DNA of 64,000 bases, taken from NCBI GenBank assembly GCA_964464475.1, contig CAYXGG010000002.1:9322-73321 (forward strand), read 5' to 3'. This document shows, one piece after another, positions 50,498 to 60,745 of the stretch. The notes under the pieces were generated by a model. The model was given only the letters and a program-made list of their open reading frames with translations. It searched no databases and was not told the origin of the DNA. Numbering within the stretch: position 1 is the first letter of the stretch; each line of letters starts with the position of its first letter. Both the position numbers and the translations under genes were made by a program. Source of the DNA: an uncultured Planctomycetales bacterium. GTDB lineage: Bacteria; Omnitrophota; Gorgyraeia; Zapsychrales; JAHFFX01.

Positions 50498-52618
50498 TTA
50501 ATCTTTAAGCGCTTCCAACACCAAATCCGGCGTCAACAGTTCCGGCAACAGCTGAGGGGTTGACACGCCAGGAGCATAATACGCGTAAACGGGAATACTA
50601 TTTTTCCCTAAACTGGCCAACGCCTGCGTGATCTCAGCATCATAATTGGTCCAATCCGCCTTAAAAGCGACGATTCCCTTCTCCTTAATCCGTGCTACAA
50701 CCCTCGGATCACTTAAAGAAACCCGGTCATTTACCTGACAAGTCAGGCACCAGGCGGCTGTAAAATCCACCAGAACCGGAATATTTTTCCCGCGAGCCTC
50801 ATTCACGGCATCAACGGAAAAAGGTTTCCAATAAATCCCCTGCGTCGGGTGATTCAGGCCAGATACTTTTGTTTGGGTAAAAACCAATAATAATGAGGCA
50901 CTAAAAATCCCTAATGCAGCCATTAACACCGCGAGCGAACGCGTCACTTTTCGCGTCGCTTCCGGAAAATCAGCGCGCTGTGTTAAACCCCACAGGCGAA
51001 TACTGATTAATATAATCAATAATCCTACGCTCCAAAACGTAACCGCGTTCCAGCCGCGAGCAACCCAAAGGACCCACCCCAGCCACCCAACCGTCGCCCA
51101 AAGGGGTATTGCCATAATTTTTTTGAGAACAACCATCCACTTCCCCGGACGCGGAAGCCACTTAAGCCATCCCGGATTGCGCGCTAACAACCAATAAGGC
51201 AAGGCCATCCCGATTCCCAGCGAGGTAAACACTAAAAAAATAATCATTGGCGACTGCGTTACCGCAAACCCTATGGCCGCGCCCATAAATGGTGCCGTGC
51301 AAGGCGTTGCTGCCAGTGTGGCAAGCAGGCCATTGATCAAAGCCTCGCGCGCGCCCGAGCGAACGCTCTGTTTGGTCCCCGCCGCCATGGCCAACGAATT
51401 CCCTAATTCCACCCAGCCCCAAAGACTAAAGGCCAATAACATAAATACCGCCGACAACAAAAAAATAAAAACCGGAGATTGAAATTGAAAACCCCAACCA
51501 ATTTGCTTTCCAGCCGCCTGGAGGCACACCAAAACGGCCGCCAGCATCCAAAAAGAAATTACGATTCCCAAAGCAAACCAGCCGCCTTTTACATTGGGGG
51601 CAGTTGGCTCATTCGATTTTTCCTCAACTAAACTCAAGACCTTCAACCCCAAGACAGGAAAAACACAGGGCATTAAATTAAGAATCAATCCACCTATCAA
51701 CGCATAAACCAAAAGCCACCCGATCCCCGCCACCCCTTGAAATAGAGAGAAACCAGGCAAAATTTCTTTTGCCATGACCTTAACATCCACCGCCGCCAGA
51801 GAAGCTCCGCCTGGTTTTTCCAAAAAAGTCAGCACACCCGTTAACTCTGCCACCGGTTTGGTATTCAACGTCGACCTGGCGATGGCCACCACATAACCCT
51901 TGCCTTGTTTCTGAAAACGTTGAACTTCAGCATGATTAATAAGGTCCGAACGCTCAGGATAAAAATAGGACGGAACCAACTTCTCGGCAACCGAATTCAA
52001 CGGCCGCAAATTCAATTTAAGTTCCCGGCTATCAACTTTCAAATTTATGTCAAACAGCTCATTGAGGACAGGAATTCTGCGCCGCTCACTCGCGAAAACA
52101 TCCGGTCGCTGAGTCAACGTTGCAGGAACAACGGGTAGATTCAAAAAAACATCAACTTCTCCGGGAACACATTCTATCTGGCAAGCTAAGAAAATTACCT
52201 TCGCTCCCAATCGTTGATCCTGCCCCACGGTTAAATTGGTTGGAACCTGAGCCTCAGCCAAAAAAGTAACCTCTCCCTCATATCCATAACTCATCAAAGG
52301 ATCTAACGGTAATAATTTGGGAGTGGGCCACTGAATGGGACCGGCACTCATAGCTGACGGAAGAATCCAATTAACCCGCACCGGAATTCCGGAATCACCG
52401 GGATTTTTCCAGTATACGTGCCAACCTGGATCCATCGTCATCTTGATCGCCAACGTAATTTTCTTCCCAGGAGAAAGGACAGGCGCCGATGCCAGCAATT
52501 CAACTTTAGTATTTGCGCTCGTAGCCGATGATTCAGCAAACGCCGCGCAGTTGACAACGCTACCTAGCAGCCAAATCAACCCGCTTAACGTTATTGCCGT
52601 TTTCCTGAATAAAAGCAT
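50498..52618 (-). CDS. DsbD/ScsB-family thiol:disulfide interchange protein
   Basis: GWHVYWKNPGDSG, LNLMPCVFP, ATPCTAP, TAAWCLTC. Confidence 0.92.
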   Translation of the reverse strand: MLLFRKTAITLSGLIWLLGSVVNCAAFAESSATSANTKVELLASAPVLSPGKKITLAIKMTMDPGWHVYWKNPGDSGIPVRVNWILPSAMSAGPIQWPTPKLLPLDPLMSYGYEGEVTFLAEAQVPTNLTVGQDQRLGAKVIFLACQIECVPGEVDVFLNLPVVPATLTQRPDVFASERRRIPVLNELFDINLKVDSRELKLNLRPLNSVAEKLVPSYFYPERSDLINHAEVQRFQKQGKGYVVAIARSTLNTKPVAELTGVLTFLEKPGGASLAAVDVKVMAKEILPGFSLFQGVAGIGWLLVYALIGGLILNLMPCVFPVLGLKVLSLVEEKSNEPTAPNVKGGWFALGIVISFWMLAAVLVCLQAAGKQIGWGFQFQSPVFIFLLSAVFMLLAFSLWGWVELGNSLAMAAGTKQSVRSGAREALINGLLATLAATPCTAPFMGAAIGFAVTQSPMIIFLVFTSLGIGMALPYWLLARNPGWLKWLPRPGKWMVVLKKIMAIPLWATVGWLGWVLWVARGWNAVTFWSVGLLIILISIRLWGLTQRADFPEATRKVTRSLAVLMAALGIFSASLLLVFTQTKVSGLNHPTQGIYWKPFSVDAVNEARGKNIPVLVDFTAAWCLTCQVNDRVSLSDPRVVARIKEKGIVAFKADWTNYDAEITQALASLGKNSIPVYAYYAPGVSTPQLLPELLTPDLVLEALKD

Positions 52619-52632
52619 ATTAAGGTAGCCGA

Positions 52633-52698
52633 TACTGAGCTTTGCTTTTCTTAGGACTACCCCTCTCCTTTGCGGATTTAGTGATGCAAAGCTCAATA
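52633..52698. mobile_element. 66-bp TA-flanked MITE-like element with 13-bp terminal inverted repeats
   Basis: TACTGAGCTTTGC...GCAAAGCTCAATA; same TACTG/TATTG end asymmetry as the 115-bp family. Confidence 0.6.
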
Positions 52699-52716
52699 GC
52701 CCGAATTTGAATTTGC

Positions 52717-53421
52717 TCATGGAGAAATGGATGGATTCAATAAAGCACTGGCACCGCGATCTTGCAGCAACCGCACTTCAATGGGTTTATTCACTAACGG
52801 ATATTTAATATGGAACTGCCGGTTGGCTTCTGCGCGTTCATCCCAAATATCAATTTGGTAATCAAATCCCGGCACCAACAACGGCAAACCACCGAATTTG
52901 ACCTTCTCTCCTGTGCCAACGACAGCTAGCGTCCCAATGTAAGTCACTCCGTTAGGAGTTACGTAGAAAAATAAATCCGTTTCCTCTGTGGCCAAGGTGG
53001 AACCAACCGGTATCGAAATGGCATCAATACGGTAGCCACCTGCGGGCATCTCCAAGAAAAAATATCCTGGCTCGACCGATTTTGAATTCCAAGGCAAAAG
53101 CGCAGGCCCTAACTTATCACCAATGATCAAATAAAATTTAACACTCTCATCCTCCAATTTAGTCATCGACAATTTGACGTAATCCGCCTTTAACACACCG
53201 GAAAAAATAGTTTTTCCGAAAACAATACCCTGCAATTTCCCAAGCTCATCAACAGGAGGCGCTGTCTCAATAGCCGGAGCCGGGGCCGGAACCTCAACGG
53301 GTACCTCAACGGCGGGTTCAGGTATAGGATTGTCAACAACTGTTGGCGATGGCAACGGGTGATTGACCCGGGCGCAACCCGAGAAAACCAGCAACATGAT
53401 TAACCAATAGCAAAATTTCAT
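52717..53421 (-). CDS. Lipoprotein with Pro-rich linker
   Basis: Lipobox FSGC; GYFFL..PAG.Y.I. Confidence 0.75.
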   Translation of the reverse strand: MKFCYWLIMLLVFSGCARVNHPLPSPTVVDNPIPEPAVEVPVEVPAPAPAIETAPPVDELGKLQGIVFGKTIFSGVLKADYVKLSMTKLEDESVKFYLIIGDKLGPALLPWNSKSVEPGYFFLEMPAGGYRIDAISIPVGSTLATEETDLFFYVTPNGVTYIGTLAVVGTGEKVKFGGLPLLVPGFDYQIDIWDERAEANRQFHIKYPLVNKPIEVRLLQDRGASALLNPSISP

Positions 53422-53568
53422 AATGACATTAAATTGACCAACGGTAAATTCTTATGGGAATTCAGACAAAATATTAAATCTGACAATAATAGTTTTAAAT
53501 GATTTTACGGTGGAAGGCAAGGATGTTTTCTGCCAAGGGGTGGCTAATTATTCCAAATAAACACAACA

Positions 53569-53601
53569 AAAAAGCGAAAGGCCTAGATCCTTTCGCTTTT
53601 T
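53569..53601. terminator. Bidirectional-type Rho-independent terminator
   Basis: AAAAAGCGAAAGG-N7-CCTTTCGCTTTTT. Confidence 0.85.
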
Positions 53602-53631
53602 GCCAAGCGCCAAAATCACGCTTGTTCTGAC

Positions 53632-54024
53632 TTAAGTTAATGTTACTGACTTCGGGGAGATCACCTTGGGCTTCCAGGTAATATGAATATTCAGGGTGTG
53701 ACAAAAATCCACTCGAAAAACGCTTTGCTCGCGATTAATAAAGAAAATGCCCTTCACGCGAAAGGAAAACTTCTCTTCTTTAGTGCGGGTATCGTATGAT
53801 TTCTTAATAAAAATGTCTGGGGCCTGAGCCGTGCTGGCCTGGGCAGGTTCGGGAGTGACCACGTAAACAAAGCTCTTTTTTACATAAGTTTTACATTCCT
53901 TGTCTTCGGAAGTTTCCGCGACCGAAATGGCCTTGCTTCGGTTGTGCAGTGAAGTTAGCTTTTTATAGAGAATTTTCCGCATGTTCTCCAGCACCTCATT
54001 CTTCATTAGTTTTATGTCTCCCAT
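53632..54024 (-). CDS. Hypothetical protein
   Basis: Has its own promoter-like element (TTGCCT-N16-TATACT, 54051-54078) and a terminator. Confidence 0.65.
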   Translation of the reverse strand: MGDIKLMKNEVLENMRKILYKKLTSLHNRSKAISVAETSEDKECKTYVKKSFVYVVTPEPAQASTAQAPDIFIKKSYDTRTKEEKFSFRVKGIFFINREQSVFRVDFCHTLNIHITWKPKVISPKSVTLT

Positions 54025-54214
54025 CTCAACTCAGGTCCGATTACGTCCGAAGTATAACATCTGACCTTCTAGAGGCAAGGTGGAGTCCATAAAAAAAAGG
54101 AAGCGGTTTCCTGGAAAAAGCCCTCCGCAGGAGCCTCAAGAAACACTTTAGCTGAGAACCAGCCCCAGCCGAGCTAGCATATCTTAAGTTATTTGATATT
54201 AAATACTTATGATA

Positions 54215-54865
54215 TTATGACGACGTCTTTTTGTGATGAAAAGGTAGGATTTTAACGCGATTTTCCTGATGAGAAAGTAATCTTTTTAGGTTGGCCCGAT
54301 GGCGAATCCAGACAAAAACACTTAAAAGTACCCCCAGCCCTTGCAATTCCCAAGGCTGCTGAGTCAAGACCATAAGGACGGGTAAAATGGTCACCGCAAC
54401 CAAAGAAGCCAAAGAAACATAACCCGAAAGCCCAAAAACAATAATCCAGCTGGCCAGGGTCAGCCAAACCACCGGACGAAATCCAGCAATCCCAATCATG
54501 AGGCCAAGGAGGACACCCAGGCCCGTTGCAATCCCCTTACCGCCTTTAAATTGCAAAAAAATGGTCCAATTGTGCCCACAAACCGCCACAATACCAAGAA
54601 CCACTCGAATGAGTGTTCCCTCAAGCCCCAGTACCTCCGGAACCACAGCCGTTGGCACAATTCCTTTAATAATATCGATCAATAAAACTGCTGTTCCCGG
54701 CCCCTTACCTAAAACCCGAAAAGCATTAGTCGCACCAACATTTCCCGACCCCTGTGTCCGAATATCAATCCCTTTTAGCCAGCGTCCAAAGATATAGGCT
54801 GTCGGCACCGATCCAATGACGTAGGCGGCCACAAAAGCCAAAATAATATTAATTGGTTGGCTCAT
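54215..54865 (-). CDS. plsY: Glycerol-3-phosphate acyltransferase PlsY
   Basis: GSGNVGATN, DIIKG, GHNW..F..FKGGKGIAT, RHRAN. Confidence 0.95.
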   Translation of the reverse strand: MSQPINIILAFVAAYVIGSVPTAYIFGRWLKGIDIRTQGSGNVGATNAFRVLGKGPGTAVLLIDIIKGIVPTAVVPEVLGLEGTLIRVVLGIVAVCGHNWTIFLQFKGGKGIATGLGVLLGLMIGIAGFRPVVWLTLASWIIVFGLSGYVSLASLVAVTILPVLMVLTQQPWELQGLGVLLSVFVWIRHRANLKRLLSHQENRVKILPFHHKKTSS

Positions 54866-55409
54866 TGATAAGCTTAATCCCATCTCGAATGTAGTCTAGC
54901 GAAGAAATAATGACTAAAATCAAGGTGACATCGCACAGATATAATGAAAATGGCCACTGCCAGAATATCCCTAAAATGCACATTACCTGCAAAAAAGCCG
55001 TCGCCTTTCCCCAAATACTGGGTTTCACATCCAAGTCTCCCCGTACCAAAAAAATGATCATCGCCCCAATCAGCAAAATGATGTCGCGACTGACCACAGC
55101 CACCACAAACCATAAAGGAAATACAACCGGACCCCAGGCATGGGCCACAAAAGACAGGCAGACAAAACCACTAATCAGCAAAAGTTTGTCGGCCAAAGGA
55201 TCAAGAATAGCCCCTGCCCGGGTATTTTGCCGATACACTCTGGCGATATAGCCGTCAATGACATCAGAAAGCACAGCAAGCAAAAAAACCGATAGCGCCA
55301 CCCATCTTAAGTAGCTACGTTGCGGCGCGTAATACAATAGGGTGTAAATAAAAACAGGGACCGCCAGAATGCGTCCCACGGTTATTCTATTAGCTACATT
55401 GAGCGCCAT
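54849..55409 (-). CDS. CDP-alcohol phosphatidyltransferase (PgsA-like)
   Basis: N.IT..R, D..DG..AR.......G..LDP.ADK. Confidence 0.9.
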   Translation of the reverse strand: MALNVANRITVGRILAVPVFIYTLLYYAPQRSYLRWVALSVFLLAVLSDVIDGYIARVYRQNTRAGAILDPLADKLLLISGFVCLSFVAHAWGPVVFPLWFVVAVVSRDIILLIGAMIIFLVRGDLDVKPSIWGKATAFLQVMCILGIFWQWPFSLYLCDVTLILVIISSLDYIRDGIKLINEPTN

Positions 55410-55410
55410 A

Positions 55411-55800
55411 TTATTCTTCGACAGGATTGAGAACCGAACTATCCTGCGGGCATCGTTCTCGATCAACACTAAAACGCTGCCCACACGTCGGGCAATACTT
55501 GGCAACCGGTCCCTGATGTCGAATAGCCGTCGTCACTGAATCTACAGCCGTTCGCGTGGAGCCATCTTGTTGTATATCGACGGCAAGACGACGCAGATCT
55601 TCTGGTGAAACAGGCTGACCGCTTAATACTTCGGTAACCGACCCTAAGGCTTCTTGCACGTCCTGCATCGATTCCGCTTCCGCTTTATTCAGTAGGTCAG
55701 GTTTGTGATATGCCCTGGAGCCGCACCCCATCAGGCCTAACATCGCCACTGACAACGTCAAAAAACTACCATGCAAAATGTATTTCTTTAGCTTCATCAT
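55411..55800 (-). CDS. Putative lipoprotein with C-terminal zinc ribbon
   Basis: LMGC lipobox; KYCPTCG.RF....CP.D; ATGA overlap with lepB. Confidence 0.7.
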   Translation of the reverse strand: MMKLKKYILHGSFLTLSVAMLGLMGCGSRAYHKPDLLNKAEAESMQDVQEALGSVTEVLSGQPVSPEDLRRLAVDIQQDGSTRTAVDSVTTAIRHQGPVAKYCPTCGQRFSVDRERCPQDSSVLNPVEE

Positions 55801-56411
55801 TGAATCACGCGAATACGATTGAGCGGCCAATAAATTAACTCCGCCCGGCCGATCACCAGTTCTTTGGGAACAAATCCCCAGTAACGGCTGTCCCGGCTGG
55901 ATCCACTATTATCGCCAAGAACAAAATAATGACCTTCCGGCACTTTAATTTTCTTACTGACTTTGGCATAATCTCCACGATTGTAATAATAAATGCTTCC
56001 CATGGGTAAATCTTCGATAGCTTTTCCGTTAACCACAATTTTGCCCTCTTTGATTTCAACCGTCTCACCCCCTACCGCAACTAATCGTTTAATAAAATCC
56101 CGTTTGGGGTCTTCCGGGTAAACAAAAACAATCACATCACCACGCTTAGGCTCAGAAAATCCCGGAATCCGCTTTTTGCTAAAAGGAATGAGGGGACCGT
56201 AACGCAATTTATTAACGATAATCCGATCGCCTTCAATCAGGGTCATGCGCATGGATCCGGTCGGAATTTTAAACGCCTGAAAGAAAAAAGCCCGAATGAA
56301 TAGCGCCAGGACCAGGGCAATGACGATTGACTCAACCCAATCCCGTAATACGGATTTCGGTGGTGACTGTTTTTTCTGTTTAATCTTCTGCTCCATAGAA
56401 GAATCCCTCAT
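55797..56411 (-). CDS. lepB: Signal peptidase I
   Basis: IPTGSM..TL..GD, FIKRL, GDN...S.DSRYWG. Confidence 0.95.
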   Translation of the reverse strand: MRDSSMEQKIKQKKQSPPKSVLRDWVESIVIALVLALFIRAFFFQAFKIPTGSMRMTLIEGDRIIVNKLRYGPLIPFSKKRIPGFSEPKRGDVIVFVYPEDPKRDFIKRLVAVGGETVEIKEGKIVVNGKAIEDLPMGSIYYYNRGDYAKVSKKIKVPEGHYFVLGDNSGSSRDSRYWGFVPKELVIGRAELIYWPLNRIRVIQ

Positions 56412-58198
56412 AATTTTAAAACCGCCAAAAATGCTTCCTGGGGAATTTCAACATTACCAATCTGCTTTAATTTCTTTTTGCCTTCTTTTTGTTTTTCCCA
56501 AAGCTTTCGCTTGCGGGTAATATCTCCACCATAACACTTGGCTGTCACATTCTTTCCCGCCGCTTTAACACGCGCGCTAGAAACAATGCGACCGTCACAT
56601 GTGGCTTGAACCCGGACTTCGAATAATTGCTGTGGGATCAAATCTTTCAATTTAGTAACCAATGCCAGACCTTTTTCATAAGCTCGCTCGCGGTGCACCA
56701 GGCAAGAAAACGCGTCACAAATCTTATCATTGATCATGATGTCCAAACGAGAAATTTGGGCAGGCATATATCCCTTAAATTCATAATCGATGGATCCGTA
56801 ACCACGCGTCGCGGACTTGACCATATCGTTAAAATCAACAATGATCTCAGAAAGAGGCATATCGAAAACAACCCGCATGCGATCAGATACATAATCACTC
56901 TTAACATACGTACCGCGTTTGGATTTAGACAATTCCATCACCGCGTCCATCGAGGTCACCGGCGTCAAGATCGACATGGTCACGCAAGGCTCTTCAATCT
57001 GCTGAACATTGGAAATATTATCAATTTGCGTTGGGCTTTCGATATCAATGGTCTTACCATCTTTGGTCTTGACCCGATAGCTGACGTTGGGCGTCGTCAA
57101 AATTAGATTCAAATTATATTCTCGTTCGAGACGTTCCTGAACAATCTCCATGTGCAGCAAGCCTAAGAAGCCACAACGAAAACCAAAACCAAAAGACTGC
57201 GACGTTTCGTTTTCATACACAAAACTAGGATCGCTTAAACGCAATTTATCAATCGCTTCCCGCAAGTCGTTAAAATCTTTGGCGTTAACCGGATAAACCC
57301 CGCAAAAAACTAAGGGTTTTAACTGACGGTACCCTGGCAGAGGTTCTGACGCGGGTCGCTTAAGTTCGGTCACCGTGTCCCCGACACGAACCTCGCGAGG
57401 ATCATGAACACTGCAGGTGATATAGCCTACTTCTCCACTACCTAATTCCTTAAACTTGACCGCTTCCGGAGTAAAAACACCGACCTCTTCCACATTAAAT
57501 TCTTTACCGGAATTCATCATCTTGATCGCCAACCCCGGCTGAACTTTACCCTGAATAACCCGAATATAAATGATAATCCCTTTGTAAATATCGTACTTCA
57601 TATCAAAAATCAACGCTTTTAACGGAGCTTCATCATCTCCTTCCGGGCAAGGAATGAAATCAATAATCTTTTCAAAAAGCTCACGAATGCCAATTCCCTG
57701 TTTAGCCGAAACTTGCTGAATGTCTTCTTCTTTAAAACTAAAAACTTCCATTAATTGCAATTTGGCGTGATCAATGTCGATATTGGCGATATCAATCTTG
57801 TTTAATACCGGTAAAATTTCCAAATTATTATCTATAGCGAGAAAATAATTAGCCACGGTTTGCGATTCAACCCCCTGAGTGACGTCCGTCACCAATAGCG
57901 CCCCTTCGCACGCGCGCAAAGACTTTTCCACTTCGTAGGTAAAATCCACATGCCCTGGAGTATCAATCAAATTAAAAACATACTCATTGCCATCTTTAGC
58001 TCGGTAATTGATTTTCACCGCTGACGCTTTGATGGTAATCCCGCGCTCTCGTTCCAAATCCATATCATCCAAGTGCTGATTATGGAATTTCCTTTCATCA
58101 ATCGCGCCGGTAAAAAGCAAGAATCGGTCGGCCAACGTTGATTTACCGTGATCGATGTGAGCAATAATTGAGAAATTTCTAATGAACTTTTTATCCAT
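56408..58198 (-). CDS. lepA: Elongation factor 4
   Basis: IAHIDHGKSTL, DTPGHVDF, GFRCGFLGLLH, KCYGGDITRKRKL. Confidence 0.98.
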   Translation of the reverse strand: MDKKFIRNFSIIAHIDHGKSTLADRFLLFTGAIDERKFHNQHLDDMDLERERGITIKASAVKINYRAKDGNEYVFNLIDTPGHVDFTYEVEKSLRACEGALLVTDVTQGVESQTVANYFLAIDNNLEILPVLNKIDIANIDIDHAKLQLMEVFSFKEEDIQQVSAKQGIGIRELFEKIIDFIPCPEGDDEAPLKALIFDMKYDIYKGIIIYIRVIQGKVQPGLAIKMMNSGKEFNVEEVGVFTPEAVKFKELGSGEVGYITCSVHDPREVRVGDTVTELKRPASEPLPGYRQLKPLVFCGVYPVNAKDFNDLREAIDKLRLSDPSFVYENETSQSFGFGFRCGFLGLLHMEIVQERLEREYNLNLILTTPNVSYRVKTKDGKTIDIESPTQIDNISNVQQIEEPCVTMSILTPVTSMDAVMELSKSKRGTYVKSDYVSDRMRVVFDMPLSEIIVDFNDMVKSATRGYGSIDYEFKGYMPAQISRLDIMINDKICDAFSCLVHRERAYEKGLALVTKLKDLIPQQLFEVRVQATCDGRIVSSARVKAAGKNVTAKCYGGDITRKRKLWEKQKEGKKKLKQIGNVEIPQEAFLAVLKL

Positions 58199-58880
58199 GT
58201 TTCCTTATATAAGTCAGCATCAATTCCGCCGTCTCATCGACCGTCAAATCAGTCCCATCGATGCGAATAGCGTCGGCCGCCTGACGTAAAGGGCCCGTCG
58301 TACGGTTAAAATCTTTATAGTCGCGATCCTGCATCTCGACTTTCAACTGGGCTTCTTCAACGGATTTTCCCTGTTCTTGCAATTCCCGCATCCGACGGCG
58401 CGCACGAACCTCAAAATCCGCGTCTAAATAAAATTTAAATTGAGCCTGAGGAAAAACGACCGTACCCACATCCCGCCCCTCAACCACCACATTGGTCCGC
58501 AACCCAATCGCTCGCTGCCAATCTACCATGATTTCTCGAACCCTTGGAGCCCGAGCAATGTAAAAGGTATTGTTAGTCACTTCCGACGTACGGATTTCCG
58601 CAGAAACATTTTCCCCATCCAAGAGGATTATTAACTTTCCTTCCCTATCATTCACTAAATCCAACGACGTTCGCTTGGCCAACTGAACCAAAGCCATCTC
58701 ATCTTCCAAATTAATTTTCTGTCGGATGGCCTTAAGTGTTAACGCCCGATACATGGCTCCCGTATCTAAATAGGAATAGCCGAGTTTACGGGATAAGGAC
58801 TTGGCAATGGTACTCTTGCCGGCCCCGGCCGGGCCGTCAATGGTAATAACCACCGCCTTACTCGGTTCGTTCAAGACCAT
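58191..58880 (-). CDS. cmk: Cytidylate kinase
   Basis: IDGPAGAGKST, LDTGAMYR, EGRDVGTVVFP. Confidence 0.96.
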   Translation of the reverse strand: MVLNEPSKAVVITIDGPAGAGKSTIAKSLSRKLGYSYLDTGAMYRALTLKAIRQKINLEDEMALVQLAKRTSLDLVNDREGKLIILLDGENVSAEIRTSEVTNNTFYIARAPRVREIMVDWQRAIGLRTNVVVEGRDVGTVVFPQAQFKFYLDADFEVRARRRMRELQEQGKSVEEAQLKVEMQDRDYKDFNRTTGPLRQAADAIRIDGTDLTVDETAELMLTYIRKHG

Positions 58881-59718
58881 CACGTTTGACTTTGGCGCGC
58901 TTAAAGCCTTCGAGAAGGTTGCTTTCATCGCGGGAGACAATCATTTTGCGGTAACCGGAAAGAATTTTGACCGCCTGATCCAAAACCTCTATGAGATTTT
59001 TGGAATTAGCCATGCAAATGTCATTCCACATTTGCGGTGAGCTGCCGGCAATACGCGTCGTATCTTTCAATCCTTGCGCGGCAAATTCTAAATGCTGTTG
59101 CGGAATCGCGTCCATAAGTGCGTACGCCATCACATGCGGTAAATGACTAATATTCGCCAAGATCTTATCGTGTTCCGAGGGCGAGAGTGACTTAACCTGC
59201 GCCCCGATATGGGTCCAGAACTGTTTAACACGCTCGACAGCGCCACGATTAGACTTTTCCGTTGGCGTCATCCAGCAGAGCGAATTTTCATAAAGCCGCG
59301 CACTCGCAAAATCAGGACCCTGCTTTTCGGATCCGGCCATAGGATGAGACCCCACAAAGAAAACGTGGGGCGGCAAAACTTTCTCCGCTGTATCGACAAT
59401 AGTTGTTTTAGTGCTCCCCACATCTGTCACGATGCAACCACGCTTTAACATCGGGCCAATTTGATTTAACAAATTAACAATGGCATTAACCGGTGTGGCA
59501 AGGATCACCAGATCCGAGTTAAACAACGCTTTGCGCAAATCATGATACGCGTGGTCAATGGCTTTTACTTTTAAAGCCGACACCAAAGTCGTTTGCCGTT
59601 GCGAAACACCGGCAACTTCTCCTGCCAGACGATGGTTCTTAATCGCCAAACCTAACGAGCCTCCCATTAGTCCAACACCGATAATGGTGACTTTTCGAAA
59701 ATAAATTTTCTCCGGCAT
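58858..59718 (-). CDS. tyrA: Prephenate/arogenate dehydrogenase
   Basis: GVGLMGGS, DVGSTK, HPMAGSE, SHLPH. Confidence 0.93.
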   Translation of the reverse strand: MPEKIYFRKVTIIGVGLMGGSLGLAIKNHRLAGEVAGVSQRQTTLVSALKVKAIDHAYHDLRKALFNSDLVILATPVNAIVNLLNQIGPMLKRGCIVTDVGSTKTTIVDTAEKVLPPHVFFVGSHPMAGSEKQGPDFASARLYENSLCWMTPTEKSNRGAVERVKQFWTHIGAQVKSLSPSEHDKILANISHLPHVMAYALMDAIPQQHLEFAAQGLKDTTRIAGSSPQMWNDICMANSKNLIEVLDQAVKILSGYRKMIVSRDESNLLEGFKRAKVKRDGLERTE

Positions 59719-59728
59719 ATTATCCTCG

Positions 59729-60745
59729 TTAGAATTCGCGACCGACCGCTTGCGCGATGAGCCGCAAATCTTTCATGAGCAACGTAAATTTTTCTGAAGT
59801 TAATGATTGCGCGCCATCGGACAGAGCCTCTTCAGGATTATCATGTACTTCAATCATCAACCCGTCACATCCCGCCGCCACGGCCGCTTTCGCGCCGCTA
59901 CCAACATAACCCCACAATCCCGTGCCGTGACTAGGATCCACCATCATCGGTAAATGCGATAATTTCTTGACTACCGGCACGGCGTTAATGTCCAACGTAT
60001 TGCGCGTTGCGGTCTCAAAAGTACGAATGCCGCGTTCGCAAAGCATGACATCAAAGTTACCTTCGGAAAGAACATACTCTGCAGACATCAATAAATCTTT
60101 GATGGTCGCGCTCATGCCCCGTTTTAAGAAAACCGGCTTTCGGGTCTGACCGACTTCTTTAAGCAAACTGAAATTCTGCATATTTCTGGCCCCAATTTGA
60201 AACACATCCGCGTACTTGGCGACTAGAGCGACCTGACGGGGATCCATAACTTCTGTGATGGTAACCATGCCGGATTCTTTGCCAACGGCCTGCAAAATTT
60301 TCAAACCTTCTTCGCCCATACCCTGAAAATCATACGGGGACGTTCGGGGTTTAAAGGCACCGCCACGCAAGACCGACGCACCAGCGGCTTTAATACTTTT
60401 AGCCAATGAGGACATTTGTTCATAGCTTTCAATCGAACAGGGGCCAGCCATCATCACAATTTTCTTCCCCCCCACAGCCACATCTCTGCCAAGCTTAATG
60501 ACCGACCCTTCTTTTCTAAATTCTCGCGAAACCAATTTGTAAGGGGCCAACACCGGCATGACCGATTCGACACCAGGAAAAACTTCGAGCGGAATCGCTC
60601 GCAACGCGTCTTCCGGACCAATAAATCCCATAATCGTGCGTTCCACGCCACGGGAAATATGCGCCTTAAGACCTAACTTCTCGGTTTTATCCAAAATATG
60701 CTTGATTTGCGCTTCAGTAGCATCCGCACGTAAAACGATAATCAT
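59729..60745 (-). CDS. aroF: DAHP synthase type I-beta with N-terminal regulatory domain
   Basis: [30 protein letters not shown]. Confidence 0.94.
   Translation of the reverse strand: MIIVLRADATEAQIKHILDKTEKLGLKAHISRGVERTIMGFIGPEDALRAIPLEVFPGVESVMPVLAPYKLVSREFRKEGSVIKLGRDVAVGGKKIVMMAGPCSIESYEQMSSLAKSIKAAGASVLRGGAFKPRTSPYDFQGMGEEGLKILQAVGKESGMVTITEVMDPRQVALVAKYADVFQIGARNMQNFSLLKEVGQTRKPVFLKRGMSATIKDLLMSAEYVLSEGNFDVMLCERGIRTFETATRNTLDINAVPVVKKLSHLPMMVDPSHGTGLWGYVGSGAKAAVAAGCDGLMIEVHDNPEEALSDGAQSLTSEKFTLLMKDLRLIAQAVGREF

Noticed and set aside
52640-52690. Possible c-di-AMP (ydaO) riboswitch (CACTAAATCCGCAAAGGA)
   Set aside because: Too short, lacks the rest of the consensus, and is better explained as the interior of a TIR-bounded element
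54185-54220. dif-like site
   Set aside because: Does not match the XerC/XerD arms (no TTATGTTAAAT), and gene orientation does not switch here
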